This document shows positions 28,653 through 38,576 of a stretch of DNA of 64,000 bases, one piece after another (positions within the stretch are counted from its first letter, which is position 1; each line of letters starts with the position of its first letter). Source of the DNA: a virus (lineage: Duplodnaviria; Caudoviricetes); IMG/VR virus record IMGVR_UViG_3300017689_000002, positions 4,093 through 68,092 of that record; one strand, written 5' to 3'. Position numbers and translations under genes: made by a program. Below the pieces are notes generated by a model. The model was given only the letters and a program-made list of their open reading frames with translations, searched no databases and had not been told where the DNA came from.

Positions 28653-30854
28653 CTACGCGGTGTAGATGTAGTCCCAGTTGTTAACCGTGTTCGCCGGGAA
28701 CGAGTAACCCTTGGCGGCGCGAGCCTCAACGGTCGTGTCCTCAGCAATGGTACGGTTACCGTCCTGCACGTCAACACCATCGATCGAGTAGATGACACCG
28801 TCAACGTCCGGGATCGTCAGCACGTGGGTCGAGCTGTTGTAGGACGGCTGCGGCGGGGTCACCACGGTGCCGAGCGAGCGCTTGATGACGACAGCCGACT
28901 TGGGCTTGGTCAGGGCACCCGAGACACGGGTCTCGATCAGGTACTTCTCCTGGTTGAAGTCGATGTCGAAGTCGCTGAACATCGTGACATCGCCACCGCG
29001 GTCCGTACCGATGGTGTAGTCGGTCAGGTTGACCACGATACCAAGGATGTCGGGAGCGTCGTCCATGACCTCGACGGTCACGATCTTGGCAACACGCAGA
29101 GCCGAAGCCAGAGCAGCCTCGGTCTCGTACAGACGACGGCCCATCTTGTCCTCGAGGAGGATGAGGTCGGTCAGCGTCTTGTCCGTGGTGTAGAACGTGG
29201 GGGTACCGGTACCCTTGTAGTACGTACGGGCACGGAGGACAGCGGTGATGATCTCCTTGGGAGCCAGCTCCGAGGTCAGGTTGACCTGGTGAGCGTACAT
29301 CTCGTTGTCGTAGGCGATCGGACGGATGTGGTCCTCGTCGATCTTGTCGTCGTCATCCGCGTCACGACCGTCACCGATCAGGATGGCACGAGCAAGTTCC
29401 TCGTCGAGCATGACGCGCATCTCGGCCTTGAGCCAAGCAACGATGTCCAGCGAGGTGATCTCCAGGATGTCGTCCCGGTCGAGCTTCTGCTTCTTGTAGA
29501 TGGTCTTGGCCGTGGTGACACGCTTCAGGAGCTTGATCACCTCGTCCTTCTTGAGGGTGCCCTTGACGTAACCCTTGGCGCGAGCCTCTTCGGCCGTGAT
29601 GTCAACAGCAGTCGACTTGATTCGCGAGAAGGGAGCCTTGCGGGTGGCGCCCAGGACGTCCTTGACCCACTCGGTACGACGACCGATGATCTCAGGCGAG
29701 TTCGCCAGGTTCTGAGCATCCGGGAACAGGACATCGATGTTGTCGATACCATACTCACCAGCGTGAGCCAGCACGGACTCGGACAGGAGGCCGAACTTCG
29801 GACCGTCCTTGACGATCGTGGAAACCTCGGAGTGGCTCAGCGTGTGCTGTGCCGTGGTCGAACCACCGTTACCGGCAGTGTCAAAAATGTTGCGGCCCAT
29901 GTCGGTACCTTCCTGGTGTGCGAGAGTGTCGGAGTTGTTGTCACCCTGAGCAAGGGTGGTGCCGTTGGTGGCTTCGCCGATCATGAAGTAGACCAGCGCT
30001 TTCTGCTCTTCGGTGAAGCTGTCGAATACATCTTCGGCGGTCTTATCGGCCATGTTAGTTCCTTCTGCGTGAGAAATGTCGGAGTCTTCTTCATCGTCGT
30101 CTTCGTCATCATCGTCATCTTCGTCCCCAAGGGCCTCAGAAAGCATGTGACGGACAACAGCTGCTTGAGTGTCATCGAGCGTATCAAGTACGTCGGCGAT
30201 ACTCAGTTCGTCATCCCCTTCTTCATCCGAGTGGCCCAGGGCCTCAGTAAGCATGTGGCGAACCACAGCAGACTGCTCTTCGGTGAAAGTGGCGAAGACG
30301 TCGGCGATACTCTTTTCCTCATCACCATCGGTATGAGCGATAGAGGCCTGCTCGTCCTCGACTACCTCCTCGCCGGGAGTAATCGAGTGCGTGTCGTCGT
30401 TGAAGATAATAGCTTCCTCTTCAATCGGCGTCATGGTACCATCACCGTGCATCATGTTGACGTTATCGATGGTGGCGCCAGGGTTAGCACCAGCAAGAAC
30501 GAGACTGACCTCACGAATCATACCGTGAGTAACGTCCTTACCAGTAACTCCGCTGTGGACCAGCTGGTTAGCGTAGATGGACAGAGCCTCCACGTCGCCG
30601 TGCTGGACGAGCTGCTTAGAGTCCCGACCCTTCTCGGTGTCATTGAAGAAGCCGTAGGCGTAAACGCCATCTTCACGGTGCTCCAGAATTGCGTGACCGA
30701 GAACGTTCTCAGGACCATTGTGCTGGTGCTGCCAGACGAGAGGGACACGCTGCTTGTCCTGGTGCTGGAAAGCACCCGACATAATTGTCCGACCATCGGA
30801 GCACTTGATACCATTCTTTGAAGCGTAACCGCTAAAGTCAGGCTTGGGTGCCAT
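28653..30854 (-). CDS. Prohead protease-scaffold-major capsid fusion protein
   Basis: Start MAPKPDFSGYA after SD AAAGGA; HK97-type protease (VWQHQH..VLGHA, EVSLVLAGANPGA), acidic scaffold, capsid body (YGIDNIDVLFP...DIDFNQEKYLIETRVSGAL). Confidence 0.9.
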   Translation of the reverse strand: MAPKPDFSGYASKNGIKCSDGRTIMSGAFQHQDKQRVPLVWQHQHNGPENVLGHAILEHREDGVYAYGFFNDTEKGRDSKQLVQHGDVEALSIYANQLVHSGVTGKDVTHGMIREVSLVLAGANPGATIDNVNMMHGDGTMTPIEEEAIIFNDDTHSITPGEEVVEDEQASIAHTDGDEEKSIADVFATFTEEQSAVVRHMLTEALGHSDEEGDDELSIADVLDTLDDTQAAVVRHMLSEALGDEDDDDDEDDDEEDSDISHAEGTNMADKTAEDVFDSFTEEQKALVYFMIGEATNGTTLAQGDNNSDTLAHQEGTDMGRNIFDTAGNGGSTTAQHTLSHSEVSTIVKDGPKFGLLSESVLAHAGEYGIDNIDVLFPDAQNLANSPEIIGRRTEWVKDVLGATRKAPFSRIKSTAVDITAEEARAKGYVKGTLKKDEVIKLLKRVTTAKTIYKKQKLDRDDILEITSLDIVAWLKAEMRVMLDEELARAILIGDGRDADDDDKIDEDHIRPIAYDNEMYAHQVNLTSELAPKEIITAVLRARTYYKGTGTPTFYTTDKTLTDLILLEDKMGRRLYETEAALASALRVAKIVTVEVMDDAPDILGIVVNLTDYTIGTDRGGDVTMFSDFDIDFNQEKYLIETRVSGALTKPKSAVVIKRSLGTVVTPPQPSYNSSTHVLTIPDVDGVIYSIDGVDVQDGNRTIAEDTTVEARAAKGYSFPANTVNNWDYIYTA

Positions 30855-30910
30855 TTTGAAGTATTCCTTTCTGTTCCTTGCGGACCGAGGTCCGAGTAGT
30901 CTTAACTGCG

Positions 30911-32197
30911 TCAACCATCAGCAGACCTGGCTCGATCTGTGACGGCATCCAGCTCACCCACATCGACCGGCGGCAAGGCTTCTTGACCTGCAGCTGTTTT
31001 GGCGATCGGCATGTTCGAGTTACGCAGTTCGTTGGCCTTCGGATCCTTAGAAGGACGGAAGCCAATGATGCCACGAACCTCGTTGGAAGAGAGGATCTCG
31101 TTTCGGGTAAATTTGTCAGCAATCTCGGCCATAGAGCCAACAGGAACCAGACTGAACGGATCCCTGAAGAACTTGATGGTCTGAAGCTGGGTGCGAGCTG
31201 TCTTCGTAAGGAACGTACGAGTCATAGCTTGCGTGACCGCGGTCATGATGGGTTCAATGGTGCGGTTGTAGTAGTTGAGCATGACTTCTTCGGAGGCAGA
31301 GCCCTCAAAGACTTCTTTAGTAATGCCCAGCTGACCATAGAGCATGTTGGTCAGATACTCGACCTGTGCCAACATGTTGTTCTCGGCGGGACGGTTGAGC
31401 TGTGTGATCTTCTCGTTGCCGTCCACGTATGCAATGCCGTACTTAGACCCCTTGAGCTGCATCTCGATGTCTTTACGACGAGCGTTTGCTTGTTCTCGTT
31501 TGGTGTCGGTACGAACTGTATACGGCAGCTGAACGATAAGGTCCAACTTACCCGAACTGGTCTGTTCGTCAATAGCATCCAGCATCTGCAGTTTACGAGT
31601 GAGACGCGACAAAGTCGAGTTAGGCTCGTTCATGACAGACGATAGAGGGTTTTCGACAATAGCAACCGCCGACTTCGACATCACCATTTCCTGATGAAGC
31701 CCAGTGCGATCATTGTAAACATTAACTCGGACGTGCCGCGGATACCAACCGATCACCTCAGCAACTCGCAAGGTACGAATATCGTACCCTGTGTAGATGT
31801 TAGGGTTCTCGGAAGTATCAACCGGAACAATAGCGATAGCGCCCTTATCCAACAACGTCATTACGACGTCCTGCATAAAGGCACGAGCACCTTGATCGAT
31901 ATTAGCCTCAACGCTCAAGCAATTATTCAGACCACTAGAGACCGGCTCGAGAAACTGGTTGTTCTCATCCAGACGAGCATGAACCACATCAATGGCGGCC
32001 GCGTCAATAGCAATGCGAGTGTAGATCGAGTTAGTGAACGACCTGTCATTGCCCATGTTAAGTCGAACTTTATCAGGTCGCTGTCCATAAGACATACCTA
32101 CCTGAGGCCCTACATTAAATGGAGAAAGACGATCCTCTTCAGGACGCGTAAACGCGTTCCAAGCGTGGGCAAGTCTATCACGTATGTTATCCGCCAT
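30911..32197 (-). CDS. Portal protein
   Basis: About 428 aa between terL and capsid; RLAHAWNAF, KLDLIVQLPY, LQLNRP-like, NEILSSNEVR. Confidence 0.9.
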   Translation of the reverse strand: MADNIRDRLAHAWNAFTRPEEDRLSPFNVGPQVGMSYGQRPDKVRLNMGNDRSFTNSIYTRIAIDAAAIDVVHARLDENNQFLEPVSSGLNNCLSVEANIDQGARAFMQDVVMTLLDKGAIAIVPVDTSENPNIYTGYDIRTLRVAEVIGWYPRHVRVNVYNDRTGLHQEMVMSKSAVAIVENPLSSVMNEPNSTLSRLTRKLQMLDAIDEQTSSGKLDLIVQLPYTVRTDTKREQANARRKDIEMQLKGSKYGIAYVDGNEKITQLNRPAENNMLAQVEYLTNMLYGQLGITKEVFEGSASEEVMLNYYNRTIEPIMTAVTQAMTRTFLTKTARTQLQTIKFFRDPFSLVPVGSMAEIADKFTRNEILSSNEVRGIIGFRPSKDPKANELRNSNMPIAKTAAGQEALPPVDVGELDAVTDRARSADG

Positions 32198-32229
32198 GGT
32201 CACCTCCTTTCTGTATTAGAAGTTAGAGG

Positions 32230-32817
32230 CTAGCGACCCGTTGCGGCAGTAAGAGCTCCAGCGACACCGAAGAGAACAGCTGATGCAACCAGAGCCTGAG
32301 TAGCTTCCTTAGTGGTAGAAGACGTGGCCGTGTCCCAGGTGTCGCTGTACTTGTCAGAGGCGGCCCGCAGAGCGCGCTTTGCAGCCACCTTACCCTGAGT
32401 CTGCTTGTCAATCTTGTACTGCTGGCGAGCCTTCTGGTACGCCTCAGCGTCCTTCGGGAGACGGTTACGTGCGTCTTCGATGTTCTTGTTGTAGGCATCG
32501 CGGTCGGACTTACGCGCCTCTTTGTTTTTTGCACGAAGATCAGCCTTATTGGCGGCCTTCGTGTTCTTGATAGCCCCACCAGCGGCACGTCGGTTAGCCC
32601 CCAGATTCGAGCCCCCACCACTGTCAGAGCGCGCGGAACGCTTGCCCCACTTCATGCCCTTCACACCAAAGTGCTCAAGGAAATCATCAACTGCCACATC
32701 ATTAGCCATTTCGGCTCCTTCGTTAGTTTGGCTATGAGCCGCTTCGGTTTCTTCCACGTCCATAGAAATGATCTGGCCGTTAGAATCGTATTCTACTTTA
32801 AATTTGAAATCAGCCAT
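32230..32817 (-). CDS. HxGVKGMKWG-motif protein 1 (possible internal start at 32709)
   Basis: FLEHFGVKGMKWGKR; basic helical C-terminus. Confidence 0.75.
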   Translation of the reverse strand: MADFKFKVEYDSNGQIISMDVEETEAAHSQTNEGAEMANDVAVDDFLEHFGVKGMKWGKRSARSDSGGGSNLGANRRAAGGAIKNTKAANKADLRAKNKEARKSDRDAYNKNIEDARNRLPKDAEAYQKARQQYKIDKQTQGKVAAKRALRAASDKYSDTWDTATSSTTKEATQALVASAVLFGVAGALTAATGR

Positions 32818-33278
32818 TAGAGATCCCTAATCGTCCAGTCAGGCATTCCGTCAGTTTCGACATTGTAGTCGAGCGCAACAACCTTTTTCTTGCCCGAGGG
32901 ACTAACGCCCATCTCAGCAGCTGCCTCATTCCAACTATCAGTAGCGAGTTTAGAATACCCTTTGTAATACTTGGTTGCAATGGCTTTGTTTTTTGGAGCG
33001 TTAAGATCTTTACCCTTAAACTCGGGCTGGTCGTTATAGGCCCCGAGTTTTGCGTTGATCTTTCGGGCGCCACTGTTGAAAATGGCATAAGGATAACCGC
33101 TAGTCATCTTCTTTTCCCATTTAGCGTCAGCTTTAGCAAGCTTCTTTTCGGCTCTTGAGGGTTTAGTAGAGCCTCCAGAACCGCTAGAACCTCCAGAGTC
33201 GCCACCACTGTCAGAGCGCGCGGAACGCTTGCCCCACTTCATGCCCTTGACACCGAAGTGCTCAAGGAAATCATCAAC
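32615..33278. repeat. 77-bp direct repeat (32615-32691 and 33202-33278)
   Basis: 75/77 identical; both differences synonymous; encodes VDDFLEHFGVKGMKWGKRSARSDSGG. Confidence 0.9.
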
Positions 33279-33290
33279 ACTATCAGTCAT
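32817..33290 (-). CDS. HxGVKGMKWG-motif protein 2
   Basis: Start MTDSVDDFLEHFGVKGMKWGKR. Confidence 0.75.
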   Translation of the reverse strand: MTDSVDDFLEHFGVKGMKWGKRSARSDSGGDSGGSSGSGGSTKPSRAEKKLAKADAKWEKKMTSGYPYAIFNSGARKINAKLGAYNDQPEFKGKDLNAPKNKAIATKYYKGYSKLATDSWNEAAAEMGVSPSGKKKVVALDYNVETDGMPDWTIRDL

Positions 33291-33291
33291 G

Positions 33292-33813
33292 TCAACCCCA
33301 AAGGTTTCTAATGTTAGCGGTTCTCGGATCGTTAGCAATGTCTTTGATGGTGCGCTTACCATATTCTAGGAGTGCTTTATCAACACCCGCATTGTGAGCG
33401 GCACCAGCAGCACCAAGAAGAACAATACTTGCGGCCGAAGCGTTACGCATATTACCTTTAAGAACGTTGACAACACCCCTAGTAGTTTTCTGGGCACCCT
33501 TTACGGTATCAGTACGCTTGCGTTTACCTCGAGCTTCTGAAGCTCGCTTAGCCATATCCTGACCATTCAGCTGTCGTTCAAACGACTCTTTGTAAGCAGC
33601 ATCTTTAGACTTAGACTGAACAGTGCCATTGATGAGGCGACGTCTGACTCCTGCGCCCTCACCATAGTACATTTTAGCGCGAGCAAACTCTTTAGCGTCT
33701 TTACCGGCGTCTCTCTCGGTTCTACGCGAAGTACCAGCCGGACGCGAGGATGTCTTTCCCCATCGCATACCTTTAACGCCATAGTGAGCTAGAAACTCAT
33801 CTACTTCACTCAC
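33292..33813 (-). CDS. HxGVKGMKWG-motif protein 3
   Basis: MSEVDEFLAHYGVKGMRWGK. Confidence 0.75.
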   Translation of the reverse strand: MSEVDEFLAHYGVKGMRWGKTSSRPAGTSRRTERDAGKDAKEFARAKMYYGEGAGVRRRLINGTVQSKSKDAAYKESFERQLNGQDMAKRASEARGKRKRTDTVKGAQKTTRGVVNVLKGNMRNASAASIVLLGAAGAAHNAGVDKALLEYGKRTIKDIANDPRTANIRNLWG

Positions 33814-35558
33814 TCAAATTCCTCCTTATTGGCTTTGTATGCGATCCAGGCATCCATGAGAGCCGATACGTTGTCAATCTTTTCAGCGTGCCGCTTCTTA
33901 AGCAGCTTGCGGTTACCGTTAGTGTCTTCCAGAGTAACAGCATTACCCATAGCAAACGTCATGAGCTCCTGATCGAAGATAAGCATTCGCTGCTCACTCA
34001 GAATCTTGAGTTCACCCAAAGGAACCGATTCAGTCTTGACGCCCTGAATAACCTTGACAATCCCGTTAGGATTGTTCTCCGCTTCCCAGCGTTTGACGAA
34101 TTCGGTAGCGTTGTAGGGGTCGTAACCAAAGGCTGCAACTTCCCACTCTTGCTTAGTAATGTATTCCTCTAGATCTTCATAAACTGTCATCATGTCTAGG
34201 ACAGTACATTCGATCACAACGAGGCTACCCTCATTGATGAATTGATCGTACTTGATGCGCATGGCTCCGGGGAGCTTCTGCAAAGTCAGTGAAGAAATAT
34301 AGCTGCGGGTCTTGACGCCGAAGGTGCCGTTGGCCAGCGGGAACAAGAACGTGAACGCACAGAAGTCATCACCCTGTGAGAGGTCAGCACCCATGGCACA
34401 AGGCATCTGCCAGAACTCATTGAACTTATTGAACTTGATGGTTTCTTCATAAGTGAAGAAGTAGGTGTAACCCTCCATCGGGATACCAAAGCGCTTGGCC
34501 AAGATATCGTTACGTGAGGCCGGGGCTTTCTCAGCTCGTTCAACCTCTTGGTGATACACCTCGTAAGGTACGGTCTTTCCGATGTTCGGTTGAGCCTTAA
34601 CCCACATAGCGGGGTTGTCGACTTCAGAAATATCGTCGAGCTTGTAGTACCAAATCGAGACGTGAGGGTTGTAGTAGTCACCCTTTAGGATGTCTAGTAG
34701 TTCCATTTTGATAGTGTCACCACTACCGTTACGGACAGTACCCTCGGAACTCATAGCTACGATGACATAGTCGTCTAGCTTAGATGCTCCCTGTTCAATA
34801 GCACCAATGACGTCTTCGCGGATGTCTCCGGAAAGCCACTCGTCGATCGTTGACACCTTAGGTCTGAGACCCTGGAGTTTGTTGATCGACATAGGTCGGA
34901 CTTCGAGAATGGATCCTGTCAGGAAGTTCTCGACACCCTTCTTGGTAGACGCTAGTTTCACTCGGTTGATGCGGGAACCGCTGGTGTTCTGCATAGAACC
35001 GTCGGTGAGGAACTTAAAGAGTGGACCACGAGATCGAGTAATAGCAGTCCGAGCGGGACTCATGACCTCTTCTGCCTGCTTCATGGTAGGAGCGGTAGTG
35101 ATCTGGTGGGTAGTGGCGGTGTCGATGTTCAAGAAGTACATCTGAATGCACTCTGCGTACATGGACTTAGCAGCACCACGAGCAACAATCAGATACTGCT
35201 TTTGTATCAAACGCTTCTTGATCGTCTTCATCACGTAGGAGCCACCGTGATTGTCTGCGTGAGGCACGTAGACCTGACGATCGACAAAGTAATACCAACC
35301 AAACAGTTGTTCTGCCCAGATCTTGAATGTGTCAAGAAGGTTGAGATCAGAACCGTCAGTAAGTGTTAGTTCGTTTTCGCAATAGGCGATGAATCCATCT
35401 ACGGCTTTGTCGTCGTAATAGAAGTTGGGGTTAGCAATGAGATCATCGATTCGAAGCATCTCCATGCCAACTTCTCGATTGACATAAATTTCATCCCGCA
35501 TCACAGCGTCGCGAAACAATCCGTAATACTTAGGTGTTGCTTTATTCGACAACGACAT
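33810..35558 (-). CDS. terL: Terminase large subunit
   Basis: 582 aa; Walker A ARGAAKS, Walker B TIDEW, nuclease GADLSQGDD...KIDNVSALMDA. Confidence 0.92.
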   Translation of the reverse strand: MSLSNKATPKYYGLFRDAVMRDEIYVNREVGMEMLRIDDLIANPNFYYDDKAVDGFIAYCENELTLTDGSDLNLLDTFKIWAEQLFGWYYFVDRQVYVPHADNHGGSYVMKTIKKRLIQKQYLIVARGAAKSMYAECIQMYFLNIDTATTHQITTAPTMKQAEEVMSPARTAITRSRGPLFKFLTDGSMQNTSGSRINRVKLASTKKGVENFLTGSILEVRPMSINKLQGLRPKVSTIDEWLSGDIREDVIGAIEQGASKLDDYVIVAMSSEGTVRNGSGDTIKMELLDILKGDYYNPHVSIWYYKLDDISEVDNPAMWVKAQPNIGKTVPYEVYHQEVERAEKAPASRNDILAKRFGIPMEGYTYFFTYEETIKFNKFNEFWQMPCAMGADLSQGDDFCAFTFLFPLANGTFGVKTRSYISSLTLQKLPGAMRIKYDQFINEGSLVVIECTVLDMMTVYEDLEEYITKQEWEVAAFGYDPYNATEFVKRWEAENNPNGIVKVIQGVKTESVPLGELKILSEQRMLIFDQELMTFAMGNAVTLEDTNGNRKLLKKRHAEKIDNVSALMDAWIAYKANKEEFE

Positions 35559-35573
35559 TGCTAACCCTCCCTT

Positions 35574-35963
35574 CTACTTCTTAATCGCTCCAAGAACTGC
35601 GTTGAACGATGCCTCTACGGCAAGTTTGGCACCCTGCTTGGCGTATTCGCTAGCAAGTTGCTTACCCGTCTTGCCTAGAACGTCTTCAGCAATTTTTTGC
35701 CCGCGATACTTAGTATTGGGGCTGAGCTTAGAATATTGCTGCTCTAGGTTCATTCGAGTAATAGCAGTCTGAAGCTCGGAGTTACTAAGAGCATCTGTAC
35801 CACTACGCTTAGCTTTGAACTTCAAATCTTTTGCAGTCGACGCATCAGGGTGTGTGGGATCCCTCGACAAAGAAATCTGTTTGGTAGAACTAGATTTCCT
35901 CTTGCCCCACTTCATGCCCTTAACACCGTAGTGCGCGAGATAGTTTTCTGTTTCTTGACTCAT
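35574..35963 (-). CDS. HxGVKGMKWG-motif protein 4
   Basis: YLAHYGVKGMKWGKR; LSNSEL..AITRMNLEQQY. Confidence 0.75.
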   Translation of the reverse strand: MSQETENYLAHYGVKGMKWGKRKSSSTKQISLSRDPTHPDASTAKDLKFKAKRSGTDALSNSELQTAITRMNLEQQYSKLSPNTKYRGQKIAEDVLGKTGKQLASEYAKQGAKLAVEASFNAVLGAIKK

Positions 35964-35978
35964 GTTACTCCTCTCTCG

Positions 35979-37553
35979 TTAATATACGGTGGACACGTCA
36001 ATGACGCCGGATACTTGCAAGGCTTTGGCACCATAACCAACAGCGGTCTGAGCTGCTACTGCAGTAGGAACAATATGTCCGAGTACCTTCTTAGTATCAG
36101 CAATACTCATCATAGTTGCCCATGTACTAGATGAAGCGGTGTACTCGAGTCCCAGGAAGTCCCAATAGCTAGCGTATTTAGCTGCATCCCCATTGTTCAC
36201 GTCAGCAGTGTAGAAATATCCCCAAACCAAGCAACCAATTGCATGGAATTCATTCGCAATTGCAATACCGGTACCATAGAACTTTCCCATGATACGGTTC
36301 TTGTAATCGGGAATGGTCTTGATGTAGTTATAAAGATCTACTCGACCAGCTGTAGAAATATACTTCGGGTCTAGCATGAGAGTGTGCGTACCCGACCACC
36401 GATTGACCAGATCGGTTAGTCGGTAGTATTTAGCAGTGTTGAATCTAGAATCTCCACGACTGGGAAGGTCTTGAATAAGCGCTTCAATCTCAGCATCTGT
36501 ATGATCGCTAAAGAACCAGTCAGTACCGCCGTTTGCCGCAGATGGACCAACAGAAGAACTTGTTCGGTTTGCTGTATTGTCATGGGCGCCCCAGAAGGTA
36601 CCGTCTTTAGAACGGACCAGAGACATCTCCATGACATCGACGTGACAGATAGCGGATTCAAGATACCCACGCTCGCTGTGTTCCTGGTAATCCTTTGACC
36701 CGCCTCGGTGCGCCATGGTCCAAACACGAGTCATACTAACGAGATCTGGAACTAGAGATCCAGGATATACAGCAGTGACCTTAGCCAGCTGAATTTCCTG
36801 CGAACCATCCCACCAAGAAACCTTGCCGTCAATAATGTTACCTTGACCGTCGCTGATCTTCAAAGCAAGTCGAGTAGGAGTAGCATCGACTGCCGGCGGA
36901 ATAACCAGCATGAAGGATCCACGGTTACCCGTTTGGTTAGGCCAACCTCGAGATACGGCGTCTCCAGTAGAACCATCAGCAGTGAGTTTACGGTGCGCAA
37001 TAAGGAACGAGTTGATGGGGTTAGACCCAGCAATGATTGTCCAATATAGCTTAGTAAAGGGAGAGTCGACGGTCATTACGTCAGACTCGGTAGCCGCTGT
37101 GGCTTCTGCCTGGATGGATATGGCAAGGGATCCGGCAACTGCTCCGGACACCCCAGGTGTGGTCTGTGTCGTAAGGTTAGCGCCCTTAGAAAAGGCTCCC
37201 TTCAACCACGTTGAAATATCAGTTACACCACCGCTACCCCACTGAACATCAGCAAAAGCCGCGCCAGTTTTGGCTTGAGTAAAGGTCCAGGTGTTAGGAT
37301 CTCCATCTACTCGTCGCTTGGCAAATACCGATAGGATACGAGAGCCAAGAAGTGACGGAGCCAACACCTGGACCCAACCCGAATTGCTGGGTGCCGTGAT
37401 GGCATGGGCTTCCGAATTTGAAGCAGTTGTATGGATTGAGGCAACCATCCAGTCACCAACAGCAGGACCATCGGAACTAGGGACATTTACCGGAATCGGA
37501 GTTGTGCCCGAGTTGGTGGTTGTGAGGTGATTTTTGTATAGTGCCTCAGCCAT
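35979..37553 (-). CDS. Virion-associated glycerophosphodiester phosphodiesterase (beta-rich N-domain plus GDPD)
   Basis: MAHRGG...EHS...EMSLVRSKDG...HD GDPD signature; structural region. Confidence 0.8.
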   Translation of the reverse strand: MAEALYKNHLTTTNSGTTPIPVNVPSSDGPAVGDWMVASIHTTASNSEAHAITAPSNSGWVQVLAPSLLGSRILSVFAKRRVDGDPNTWTFTQAKTGAAFADVQWGSGGVTDISTWLKGAFSKGANLTTQTTPGVSGAVAGSLAISIQAEATAATESDVMTVDSPFTKLYWTIIAGSNPINSFLIAHRKLTADGSTGDAVSRGWPNQTGNRGSFMLVIPPAVDATPTRLALKISDGQGNIIDGKVSWWDGSQEIQLAKVTAVYPGSLVPDLVSMTRVWTMAHRGGSKDYQEHSERGYLESAICHVDVMEMSLVRSKDGTFWGAHDNTANRTSSSVGPSAANGGTDWFFSDHTDAEIEALIQDLPSRGDSRFNTAKYYRLTDLVNRWSGTHTLMLDPKYISTAGRVDLYNYIKTIPDYKNRIMGKFYGTGIAIANEFHAIGCLVWGYFYTADVNNGDAAKYASYWDFLGLEYTASSSTWATMMSIADTKKVLGHIVPTAVAAQTAVGYGAKALQVSGVIDVSTVY

Positions 37554-37556
37554 AGT

Positions 37557-37772
37557 TTAAGCTCTCCAGTATACGGGACCCACAGGGGTATCAATCGGTA
37601 CAACTGTGACACCAGCAGCCAAAAGAGGAGGAGGTGCGGCTGCGTTGATGAGTCCTCTAGCGGCGGAAGGCGTAGTAGCAGCCATGAAGTTTTTAGCTTG
37701 GCTGCTTACGTCTCTTAGGTCAAGTGCATCGTTGGGCCCCGAGGCGCGGGAGCCGCGTTGTGGGGTTGCCAT
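37557..37772 (-). CDS. Small structural-region protein
   Basis: 71 aa, coupled between fibre genes. Confidence 0.55.
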   Translation of the reverse strand: MATPQRGSRASGPNDALDLRDVSSQAKNFMAATTPSAARGLINAAAPPPLLAAGVTVVPIDTPVGPVYWRA

Positions 37773-38566
37773 TATGCTCCAATAGAAATGTGAATCGCGT
37801 TAGCTGCAACAGAACCCTGGGCAACGATTCGAACCGTGTTCAGGTCAACAATGAAGTAGTCATAGTCAACCTTCTGGCCAGTCGACAGATCCTTGACCAG
37901 GATGGAATTGACGTTGGCATTCAGGTTGTGGGCAATGTCAATGCTGGTCGTGAAGGCGGGAACGTTTGTCGCATACCGCTTAGCAAGCAAACCAAAGTTC
38001 GAGTCAATCGAGACACCGTTAGCGTCGACAACAACACCACCACTTGCCTTGGCCTTGACCGAGAAAGCAGTACCTGAAAGGTTGAGACCATCACCGTTAG
38101 TGTAAGCCTGGCCAGTTCCCGTCAGCGCCCAGACAAGAGCCGAGGTACCAACCACCGGGTCGTTAGCGGTCTGGTTGAACGTCTTGTCGGCGTTCGTGCT
38201 ACCAGCCATGACGGTAACCGTAGCTGCCTGAAGCTCAGCATTGGCGTCAGCGTCATCTGCACGAGTAGGAGCACCAGAAGCGTTAACGACATAGATACCA
38301 TTTTGAATGCCATCAGTCTGATCCTTGATGAGGATCCGGTTGCCGGCGACAAGCTGAACACCGTCAATGGTCTGACCAGCGGCGAACGACGTGGCAAGGG
38401 TGCCCGACGTCGTGGTAGCAACGCGAACAGGCTGCTTCCAAACGTAGCCCTGTGCAAGAGCGTCGACGTATGCCTTGTTGACACCATCGGTCGGGTTAGT
38501 CGGGGAAGCGACTCGGGTAATAGGCTGGTTGTTGACATCGGCGCCGGAGCGAAGCTGGGTAGACAT
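37772..38566 (-). CDS. Fibre, whisker or decoration protein
   Basis: IT.VASPTNPTDGVNKAYVD, WKQPVRVATT, DGVQLVAGNRILIKDQT..QNGIYVV fibre motifs. Confidence 0.65.
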   Translation of the reverse strand: MSTQLRSGADVNNQPITRVASPTNPTDGVNKAYVDALAQGYVWKQPVRVATTTSGTLATSFAAGQTIDGVQLVAGNRILIKDQTDGIQNGIYVVNASGAPTRADDADANAELQAATVTVMAGSTNADKTFNQTANDPVVGTSALVWALTGTGQAYTNGDGLNLSGTAFSVKAKASGGVVVDANGVSIDSNFGLLAKRYATNVPAFTTSIDIAHNLNANVNSILVKDLSTGQKVDYDYFIVDLNTVRIVAQGSVAANAIHISIGA

Positions 38567-38576
38567 AGTTCAATCC

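Noticed and set aside
28824-30821. 665-aa plus-strand ORF (also 1968-2909, 6557-7495, 8310-9074 and similar)
   Set aside because: Antisense shadows of GC3-biased minus-strand genes; no SD, no motifs
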